32,000 nt of DNA from Methanomassiliicoccus sp. (GTDB lineage: Archaea > Thermoplasmatota > Thermoplasmata > Methanomassiliicoccales > Methanomassiliicoccaceae), in assembly GCA_016109435.1 (NCBI GenBank), contig JAEILR010000004.1:16264-48263 (forward strand). The letters are read 5' to 3'. The translations under genes were made by a program, and so were the position numbers. The notes under the pieces were generated by a model. The model searched no databases and was not told the origin of the DNA. It saw only the letters and a program-made list of their open reading frames with translations. Shown in pieces: positions 25,140 through 32,000 of this stretch (position 1 is the first letter of the stretch; each line of letters opens with the position of its first letter).

Positions 25140-26282
25140 ATGTCAGACAGGGTTACTGTTTCAGTCATTAAGGCCGATGTGGGATCGGTCGGGGGCCACG
25201 CGCGGCCTCACCCATTGATGATGAAGAAGGCGGAAGAGCGGCTTGCCGACGGTCTGAAGGCAGGCACCATCGACGACTTCTATGTCACCAGGGTGGGGGA
25301 TGATATCAACCTGTTCCTCACCCACACCCGCGGGGAGAACAACCGGGACATCCACGGTCTATGCTGGGAGGCGTTCATGGACGCCACCAAGGAAGCCAAG
25401 AGGATGAAGCTCTATGCCGCCGGCCAGGACCTCCTGACCGACGCCTTCTCGGGCAATGTCCGGGGGGCCGGTCCGGGCGCCGCAGAGATGGAGTTCAAGG
25501 AGCGGGGCGCCGAGCCCATCGTGTTCCTCATGGCCGACAAGACCGAGCCTTCGGCCTATTCCCTTCCTCTATGCAGGACGTACATGGACCCGTTCACCAC
25601 CACCGGCCTGGTCATCGACCCCCGGGCCCACGAGGGTTTCAAGTTCGAGATCGTGGACGTGTGCGACTCCAAGAAGGTGATCATGTCCACTCCTGACGAG
25701 ACATATGACATGCTCACTCTTCTGGGCGACACCACCAGGTATGCCATCAAGAAGATATGGTCCAAGAGCGTGGACATCGGCCTGGGCGCGGTAGTGTCCA
25801 CGGAGAAGCTGAACATCTCCGCCGGCAAGTACGTGGGCAAGGACGATCCGGTATGCGTCTGCAGGGCTCAGAGCGGCCTCCCCGCGGTCGGGGAGATCCT
25901 CCAGCCATACATGTTCCCGGCCTTGGTGTCCGGGTGGATGAGGGGCTCCCACTATGGTGGATGGTACCCCTGCTCGGTGGCCGATTCCGACCCGGTGTTC
26001 TTCGACGGCCCGCCCCGCATCTGCGCGGTCGGCCTGCACGTGAGCAACGGCGTGTTCCAGGGTCTTGAGGACCCCAGCCACGGTCCGGGACAGCACACTC
26101 CCCTCGATTACTTCGAGGGAAGCTGCTGGGACGAGGCCAGGAGGGGAGCGGTCAAGGCGTCCATCTACATGCGCCGGCACGGGCCGTTCATGCCCGCGGT
26201 GCTCGGTCCCGAGGAGATGGAGTACACCACCCGCCCGTCCGTGCTCAACAAGCTGAAGGAACGGATGGAGAAGCTTGAGTAG
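25140..26282 (+). CDS. fbp: fructose-1,6-bisphosphate aldolase/phosphatase (class V FBPase)
   Basis: This 380-aa protein has VSVIKADVGSVGGHARPHP, FLTHTRGENN, MADKTEPSAYSLPL and GWMRGSHYGGWYP. Confidence 0.93.
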   Translation: MSDRVTVSVIKADVGSVGGHARPHPLMMKKAEERLADGLKAGTIDDFYVTRVGDDINLFLTHTRGENNRDIHGLCWEAFMDATKEAKRMKLYAAGQDLLTDAFSGNVRGAGPGAAEMEFKERGAEPIVFLMADKTEPSAYSLPLCRTYMDPFTTTGLVIDPRAHEGFKFEIVDVCDSKKVIMSTPDETYDMLTLLGDTTRYAIKKIWSKSVDIGLGAVVSTEKLNISAGKYVGKDDPVCVCRAQSGLPAVGEILQPYMFPALVSGWMRGSHYGGWYPCSVADSDPVFFDGPPRICAVGLHVSNGVFQGLEDPSHGPGQHTPLDYFEGSCWDEARRGAVKASIYMRRHGPFMPAVLGPEEMEYTTRPSVLNKLKERMEKLE

Positions 26283-26952
26283 GTTCAGAACACCGGTCGT
26301 CATCGTCAACTTCAAGGCCTATGCCGAGGTCGAGGGTAACCGCGCGGTCGCTCTCGCCGAGGCCTGCCAGGAAGTAGCTGACGACACGGGGGTCACCATA
26401 GGGGTGTGCCCCCCGACGACCGAACTATCGACGGTGGCCAGGGCGGTGACCGTTCCGGTCCTGGCGCAGCACGTTGACGCCAGGGTGCCGGGCGCGGCCA
26501 CCGGCTATACCACCGCCGAGCTGGTCAAGGCCGCCGGAGCGGCCGGCTCGCTGCTCAACCACTCCGAGCGGCGGATGGTCCTGGCCGATCTGGCCATGGC
26601 CGTCCGGTCCTGCCGCGAGGCCGGGCTCGCCACCGTGGTGTGCACGGATACCGAGGCCACCTCCGCCGCGGCCGCCTCCCTTGGCCCGGACATGATCGCC
26701 GTGGAACCGCCCGAGCTCATCGGCGGGGACGTGTCGGTCACCGACGCCCGGCCGGAGATCGTGAGCGATGCCGTGACCGCGGTCCGCCGCATCGACGAGG
26801 GCATCGAGGTGCTGTGCGGTGCTGGCATAAAGAACGGGCGGGACGTCAAGAAGGCGGTGGAGCTGGGCGCCTCGGGCGTGCTCCTCGCCTCCGGAGTGGT
26901 CAAGGCCAAGGACCCCCGTAAGGTGCTGCAGGATCTCGTGCAGTACCTCTAA
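26275..26952 (+). CDS. tpiA: triosephosphate isomerase, archaeal short form
   Basis: This 225-aa protein has VVIVNFKAYAEVEGNRA, LLNHSERR, IAVEPPELIG and GAGI. Its TTG start overlaps the fbp 3' end by 8 nt, and no in-frame ATG lies before the conserved NFK motif. Confidence 0.88.
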   Translation: MSRFRTPVVIVNFKAYAEVEGNRAVALAEACQEVADDTGVTIGVCPPTTELSTVARAVTVPVLAQHVDARVPGAATGYTTAELVKAAGAAGSLLNHSERRMVLADLAMAVRSCREAGLATVVCTDTEATSAAAASLGPDMIAVEPPELIGGDVSVTDARPEIVSDAVTAVRRIDEGIEVLCGAGIKNGRDVKKAVELGASGVLLASGVVKAKDPRKVLQDLVQYL

Positions 26953-27011
26953 GCCTGTTTTATTAAGGGTAGTCGGACCCGTTATACCACCCTCCGATCC
27001 TGCTAGACCCG

Positions 27012-28994
27012 ATGAGGGGCCTGTACATCCTGGTCCTGCTGGTGCTAGTTCTCCCCACCGCCCAGCCGGGCCCCTCATCACCTCTGGGAGCGGACATGGG
27101 GTACGAAGCGATATCCTACATCGGCGGAGGGTCGTTCCTGCTGTCCGAGGTATGTCCCGGGCGTCCCGGAGAATACGTCCTTCTGACCAACCAGGGGAGC
27201 GAGTCCTCCCTACTGGGCTGGAGCCTGACCGATGGGGAGGGGACCCTGACCGTGCAGGCCAACGTCACCGTGGCCCGGGGCGGACACATCGCTTTTGTCA
27301 CCAACGCCACCTCCTTCGCGGCGGTCCGGCCGGAGGTGGCGTTCATGGAGAGAGGTAACGCCGCCCTCTCATGGAGCGGCAGATATCAACTGGCCGACGG
27401 CGGCGACGAGGTCCTGCTGTGCTCCCCCGACGGAACGGTCGTGGACGCGCTCGCCTACGGGGCATCGACCTACAGCGGCCCGGGGTGGAGCGGCGGGCCG
27501 ACCGCCAGTGTCACCAAGGGCCACGCGGCCGTTCGCGGCGGCGCGGACACCGACACCTCGGCGGACTGGTCCATTGAGCCACCTGGCCGCTCCAAGTTCG
27601 CGGCGCTAAGCTTCCAGGCGGTGGTCGAACCCTTCTCCGCCCCGGAGAACGCCGCCGCCCGCATCGTCAGGGAACTGACGTTGGCGACCCTCACGGTGCG
27701 CTGCTCGGTCTACGAGATCTCCGATCCAGAGGTCGCCGAGCAGCTGGCAAAGTGTGCCCGGAGAGGGATCGAGGTCAGTGTTCTGGTGGAGGGCCAGCCG
27801 GTGGGCGGGATGTCCGAGCGTTCCAAGGACGCCATCGCCACCATGAGGTTCAGCGGGGTCGACGTTCGGGAACTGTGCTCCAACGATTCTTACAAGCGGT
27901 ACGACTACCTCCATTCCAAGTACATGGTGGTCGACGGGAGGAGGGTCACCATCATGTCCGAGAACTGGGGAGGAGGCCTCAGCTCCAATCGGGGCTGGGG
28001 GGTCACCCTCGACAGCATGGAGGCCGGGCAGTACTTCGGTAATGTCTTCGATAACGACTTCGGGGGCCCGCTGGACGTCAGGCGGCCGAAGGCCGAGGGG
28101 AGGGTGATGGACCCCATCGGGGCCACACCCGCGGGCGGGGAGGTCGCGCGGTATCGATGCGAGGTGTCGACCTTGCTGTCGCCGGACCACTCCGCCGTTT
28201 CGCTCAAGGACCTCATCGACCGCGCCAGGGACACGGTCCTGGTCCAGCAGATGTCGGTGGACGGTGACTGGCTGTCCGAACCGAGCCTGCTCGGCTCCCT
28301 GATCTCCGCCGCCGAACGAGGTGTGACCGTACGCGTGCTCCTGGACTCCTCCTGGGGAGGGAAGGACAACGGCATGGTGATCGACGGCCTCAACCGCAAT
28401 GCCCGGGCCGACGGCCTGGACCTGGAGGCGAGGATGATCTCGCCCCATCACGGCCTGTCGGTGATGCACAACAAGGGCCTGGTGGTGGACGACCGCACGG
28501 TGATATCGTCCATCAACTGGGGGGACGGGGCGCTGTATCAGAACCGGGAGGTCGGGGCAGCGGTCGTTTCTGACCAGGTGTCCGCTTACTTCAGCGCCCT
28601 GTTCTGGGAAGACTGGTCCGAGGACCCCGTTCCCCCGCAGGCCAGGCTGCCGTGGACCTATCTCCGGGTCCAGGAGGGTGAACCGGTCCTGCTGGACGCC
28701 GGCGGCTCGAGCGACAACGCCCCGCCCTTCACGGTCGAGTGGGATATCGACGAGGATGGGATCGCCGACAACACCTCCCTTTCCTGGACCGTTCGCCTGC
28801 CGGTAGGGAACAACAGCATCCTGCTCACCGTCCGCGACCGGGGCAACAATTCAGCAACGGCGATGTGCTGGGTGGAGGTGATACCTCGAGGATCGCCAGG
28901 GTTCGAGTGGACCGCGCCCCTGCTGTCCCTTCCGATCCTGTTCGCGGCCATCGTCACGGTTTGGAAAAGGATTATTGACCGGAATAAGCATTGA
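27012..28994 (+). CDS. secreted, cell-surface LTD - phospholipase D/nuclease (2x HKD) - PKD domain protein
   Basis: Domains in order:
- Signal peptide MRGLYILVLLVLVLPTAQP.
- Lamin-tail-like segment (EVCPGRPGEYVLLTN...LLGWSLTDGEG).
- HKD motifs HSKYMVVDGRRVTIMSENW and HNKGLVVDDRTVISSINW.
- PKD-like repeat.
- C-terminal PGF + TM + basic tail. Confidence 0.8.
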   Translation: MRGLYILVLLVLVLPTAQPGPSSPLGADMGYEAISYIGGGSFLLSEVCPGRPGEYVLLTNQGSESSLLGWSLTDGEGTLTVQANVTVARGGHIAFVTNATSFAAVRPEVAFMERGNAALSWSGRYQLADGGDEVLLCSPDGTVVDALAYGASTYSGPGWSGGPTASVTKGHAAVRGGADTDTSADWSIEPPGRSKFAALSFQAVVEPFSAPENAAARIVRELTLATLTVRCSVYEISDPEVAEQLAKCARRGIEVSVLVEGQPVGGMSERSKDAIATMRFSGVDVRELCSNDSYKRYDYLHSKYMVVDGRRVTIMSENWGGGLSSNRGWGVTLDSMEAGQYFGNVFDNDFGGPLDVRRPKAEGRVMDPIGATPAGGEVARYRCEVSTLLSPDHSAVSLKDLIDRARDTVLVQQMSVDGDWLSEPSLLGSLISAAERGVTVRVLLDSSWGGKDNGMVIDGLNRNARADGLDLEARMISPHHGLSVMHNKGLVVDDRTVISSINWGDGALYQNREVGAAVVSDQVSAYFSALFWEDWSEDPVPPQARLPWTYLRVQEGEPVLLDAGGSSDNAPPFTVEWDIDEDGIADNTSLSWTVRLPVGNNSILLTVRDRGNNSATAMCWVEVIPRGSPGFEWTAPLLSLPILFAAIVTVWKRIIDRNKH

Positions 28995-28998
28995 TGTG

Positions 28999-29436
28999 AT
29001 GGTGCACGTCAGAGGTTTCAGCATCAGCGATCTGCCATCGGTGTACGACCTGGCCTGTACGACCCTCAGTGAGAGGTACGACCCGGACATGTTCACCACG
29101 ATCTCCACCTCCTGGCCGGAGGGCTTCATGGTCGCCGAGGGCACCTGGGGGGTAAAGGCTTTCCTGCTCGGAGTGATGACCTCCTCGATCCACTCCCGGG
29201 TGCTCATGCTGGCGGTGTCGCCGGAAGTGCGCCGCATGGGCATCGGCACCATGCTCATGGAGCGGTACCTGGAGGCGAGCCGCAGGAAGGGGGCGAGGAT
29301 CCTGACCCTCGAGGTGAGGAAGGGCAACGCCGCGGCCATGGGGTTCTACCGGCGTTTCAACCTCCAGCCCGTGGATGTCATCAAGAACTACTACAACGAC
29401 GGCGAGGACGCCTACCAGATGCAGCTGTACATCTAG
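28999..29436 (+). CDS. GNAT N-acetyltransferase (RimI/Ard1-like)
   Basis: It has the acetyl-CoA site LAVSPEVRRMGIGTMLME...LEVRKGNAAAMGFYRRFNL. The ATG lies 5 nt after the upstream stop, and the track used an upstream TTG. Confidence 0.8.
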   Translation: MVHVRGFSISDLPSVYDLACTTLSERYDPDMFTTISTSWPEGFMVAEGTWGVKAFLLGVMTSSIHSRVLMLAVSPEVRRMGIGTMLMERYLEASRRKGARILTLEVRKGNAAAMGFYRRFNLQPVDVIKNYYNDGEDAYQMQLYI

Positions 29437-30965
29437 TGGTAGGCCTGATCGTCCCGCATGTGCTCGTTCCAGAAATAGTACGGGGATTTCTCCTTCTGGG
29501 CCGATGAGATGTCCGTCCCCAGGCCCTTCATGTAGGTGCCGTAGCGGTCCCTGATCTGCTCCTCGGCCGTCCGGCTCCTCTTGAGCGCCGCCGCGACATG
29601 GTGCGCCTCGATGATCCTGTCCCCGGACGCGACCGCCAGGTCTCCGGAGGAGCGGATCAGTCCGCCCAGCTCGCGCAGTCTGAGGGTCAGCGCGTTCTCC
29701 TTGCCGTCCATTATCCTGGCCCGGGTCCTGGCCTCCTTGATGATGGCCTCAATGGCCGCGTGGGAGGCATGGGGGATCCGGCCGTCGGTGGCTATTTCCT
29801 GGGCCACGAACTGCGCCAGCCTGGCCCGGTTCAGGTCATCGTCAGGCATGAACGTCTCTACCAGCACCTCGTAGCCGTCACCGTTGATGCGGGACCGCAG
29901 GGGGGACAGGACCTGCTCCAGGTCCTGGATGTTGCATGCCGCTACCAATATGAAGTTCGCGGGCACGGCGTCCACCCGGACCGAGGCTCCCGCCGACTGG
30001 GGGTTGCGCCCAGAGATGGGCGCGCGCTTCTCCTGCATCGCCGTGAGGATGAACCGCTGCATGGGACCGAGGTGGGAGATCTCGTCGAGGAAAAGGACTC
30101 CCTCGTGGGCCTCATGGATCGATCCAGGGATGACCCTCTCGTACGGCTGGGTGCCGAGCTGGGAGTGCCCACCGAAGGGGTCGTGGCGGACATCGCCGAG
30201 AAGCTCCGTCTCCGACGCGCCGGTGGCCAGGACGAAGGGGTTGCGCTCCAGGGGCACGATGACCTTCTTCGGCCGCTGCCTCTCGAACTCCCTCCTCCTC
30301 TCCAGGGCGTCCTGGTCCAGGACCCTGATCTTGTCCCCGGCGCGCTCGAACACCACCACCTCCTCCTTGTCCAGCCGCTTGCGGGTGGTGGTCACCTTCT
30401 CCTTCCCCGCGTTCAGCCCCGGGGCGGCGCTGGCCATGGACTCCATGAGATTGCCCAGCAGGTCCCCGAAGGGATTGTTGGGTTGCATGCCGGTGTCCGA
30501 CTTGGGCTTCTCGCACAGGGGACAGGTACGCTCGGAGGGGGAAGAAAAACCGCCGCAGTTGCGGCAGCGGTAGCCTAAACGCTCGGCCACGTTCGGCGGC
30601 GCGGACTGGGGGTCGATGAGATCGCCCTCGGCCGATCCCCTGGTTTCCCTCTCCCTGCGGACCTCGGCCTCCCCCTTCACTTCCACCAGGGGGCGCTCGG
30701 GGTTCTCCGGGTTGTGGACCACGCGGACCTCCTCGCGGGGCTGGGGAAGGTGGAGGGCGAGGGCCTGGGCGATCATCGACTTCCCCGTTCCCGGGGGGCC
30801 GACGAGCAGCAGGTTCCTTCTCTGCCGTGCAGCTATCCGCGCTAGTTCCACCGCTTCGTCCTGACCGATGACCCGGGCGAGCGGATCATTGGGGATCAGG
30901 ATGTCCGCGGTGGTGTTGACGGACCGGAGGTCCGTTTCCTTCCGCAGGTCCACCTTCTCGCTCAT
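29433..30965 (-). CDS. LonB-like AAA+ ATPase lacking a protease domain, with a zinc-ribbon insert
   Basis: It has [15 protein letters not shown]...[19 protein letters not shown] (Walker A), EGVLFLDEI (Walker B) and [12 protein letters not shown]...[12 protein letters not shown]...[12 protein letters not shown], all LonB-like. CRNCGG...CPLCEKP lies between Walker A and B. The protein ends at 510 aa with no Ser-Lys protease domain. Its ATG overlaps the dnaG stop (ATGA). Confidence 0.75.
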   Translation of the reverse strand: MSEKVDLRKETDLRSVNTTADILIPNDPLARVIGQDEAVELARIAARQRRNLLLVGPPGTGKSMIAQALALHLPQPREEVRVVHNPENPERPLVEVKGEAEVRRERETRGSAEGDLIDPQSAPPNVAERLGYRCRNCGGFSSPSERTCPLCEKPKSDTGMQPNNPFGDLLGNLMESMASAAPGLNAGKEKVTTTRKRLDKEEVVVFERAGDKIRVLDQDALERRREFERQRPKKVIVPLERNPFVLATGASETELLGDVRHDPFGGHSQLGTQPYERVIPGSIHEAHEGVLFLDEISHLGPMQRFILTAMQEKRAPISGRNPQSAGASVRVDAVPANFILVAACNIQDLEQVLSPLRSRINGDGYEVLVETFMPDDDLNRARLAQFVAQEIATDGRIPHASHAAIEAIIKEARTRARIMDGKENALTLRLRELGGLIRSSGDLAVASGDRIIEAHHVAAALKRSRTAEEQIRDRYGTYMKGLGTDISSAQKEKSPYYFWNEHMRDDQAYH

Positions 30966-32000
30966 TCGTTCAGATCTTCCTTGGTCCAGATCTCCACCGC
31001 GGCGGGCTGCTTGGCGATGTTGCCCATCTTGGTGCCCACGATGGTGGCGATCTTGTTGTCCGCGGCGATATCCAGTATCCTCTGGGTGACTATGCCGTCG
31101 AACACCACGGCGTTCACTCCCTTGGCGCTGGTCTTGAGGGTGTTGACCAGGTCCCTGACCGGGACCTCCTTCATGACCTCGCCGGAGGCGTCCAGTATCT
31201 TGGCCTTGGAGGTGGCCGAGAGCTCGTTGATGATGGTCTTATAGAGCGCCTGGGCCTCCGAGAGCTTCTTGGTCGGCTCGGGCTCCGCAGGCTCCGGCTC
31301 ATAGGCCGCCACGGCCTTCTCCGGCAGCTCGCTCACCGGCTCCGCGGCGGGAAGCTCCTTGATCGGCTCGCGGGGCTCCCGGATCTCGCGCGGCTCGCGG
31401 CCACGGCGGTCACGGGGCTCACGGTGCGGGCGCTGGTCCCTCTCCGGGGGTCTCTCCTGAGGCCGTTCCCGGGCCTCGGCGGCCTCCTCGCGCTCCCTCG
31501 CCTGTTCCCTGGGCTGCTCCCTCGCCTGTTCCCTGGGCTGCTCCCTCGCCTGTTCCCTCGGCTCCCTGACCTGCTCCCGGGGGCCCCTCTCCTCGCGGTT
31601 CTCGGCGGCGGCCTTGCCGTTCTCCGAGGTCATGCCGTACATCTCCATGAACTGCTCCCCGGGGATCTTGTTGCGGAGGCACTTCATGATCTGCTTCTGG
31701 GTCAGCTCCTCGACCTCCATGCCCCGGGGGGCACGGGCCACGAAGTCGACCTCGGCCACCTGGAACAGCTCGCGGAGGATCAGCTCCCCGCCCCTGTCCC
31801 CGTCGACGAAGGCGGTGATAACCCTCTCCTTGCTGAGGTCCATGACCGTCTTGGGAACGTTGGTCCCCTCGACCGCGATGGCGTTCTTGATCCCCGACTT
31901 CAGCAGGTTAAGGACGTCGGAACGACCTTCCACCACGATGATGGCGTCGCTGTCCTGGACATTGGGCCCGGCCGGCAGGCGCTCCTTGCCATAGTTGATG
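30962..32000 (-). CDS. dnaG: archaeal DnaG primase (TOPRIM), C-terminal part; gene continues beyond the window end
   Basis: It has the TOPRIM core [27 protein letters not shown]...[16 protein letters not shown] and the conserved C-terminal domain [15 protein letters not shown]. The reading frame is open to position 32000. Confidence 0.9.
   Translation of the reverse strand, partial: INYGKERLPAGPNVQDSDAIIVVEGRSDVLNLLKSGIKNAIAVEGTNVPKTVMDLSKERVITAFVDGDRGGELILRELFQVAEVDFVARAPRGMEVEELTQKQIMKCLRNKIPGEQFMEMYGMTSENGKAAAENREERGPREQVREPREQAREQPREQAREQPREQAREREEAAEARERPQERPPERDQRPHREPRDRRGREPREIREPREPIKELPAAEPVSELPEKAVAAYEPEPAEPEPTKKLSEAQALYKTIINELSATSKAKILDASGEVMKEVPVRDLVNTLKTSAKGVNAVVFDGIVTQRILDIAADNKIATIVGTKMGNIAKQPAAVEIWTKEDLNE
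31493..31564. repeat. three tandem copies of a 24-nt unit inside dnaG
   Basis: CTCCCTCGCCTGTTCCCTGGGCTG occurs twice exactly (31493-31516 and 31517-31540), plus a diverged third copy (31541-31564). On the coding strand it encodes the PREQAREQ repeats. Confidence 0.85.

Noticed and set aside
31493-31564. Tandem 24-nt repeats considered as a possible CRISPR or minisatellite locus.
   Set aside because: The repeats are contiguous with no spacers, in frame, and inside the dnaG coding sequence. They form a coding low-complexity expansion.

Overview
This is a high-GC, gene-dense chromosomal segment from an archaeon. The lineage is probably euryarchaeal, possibly Thermoplasmata or Methanomassiliicoccales-like, but that placement is a guess. 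Archaeal markers include DnaG-type primase, class V FBP aldolase/phosphatase, a 225-aa TIM, Trm1, a 438-aa archaeal-type AspRS and an MptD-like protein. AT-rich TATA boxes lie 25-30 nt upstream of many start codons, which implies leaderless mRNAs.

Content is mostly housekeeping. A large glycolysis/gluconeogenesis cluster (gap-ppsA-pfkB-fba-gpmA, convergent pgk, and fbp-tpiA further on) includes several bacterial-type enzymes. Other genes are purA, trm1, a THEP1-like NTPase, nadA, aspS, a ferredoxin, a flavodoxin, a UbiD-family decarboxylase, a 2-hydroxyacid dehydrogenase, a LysE exporter, a GT-C glycosyltransferase, a stand-alone Lrp/AsnC RAM protein, a hemerythrin, an orphan RusA resolvase, a secreted LTD-PLD-PKD protein, a GNAT, a protease-less LonB-like ATPase and dnaG.

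The strongest non-routine signal is a VOC/glyoxalase gene split by a ~364-nt, lower-GC, highly structured, ORF-less insertion (922-1285). It has no terminal inverted repeats and no target duplication. It carries two similar subterminal hairpins placed as in IS200/IS605 ends, an internal TATA box and a long-range helix. I interpret it as a non-autonomous IS200/IS605-type element that may carry an omega-RNA-like guide RNA.

A second unannotated signal is a well-formed C/D box sRNA candidate (20715-20789, + strand) with its own TATA box. No CRISPR array, tRNA or rRNA was seen. Many long antisense ORFs in the track are high-GC shadow ORFs.
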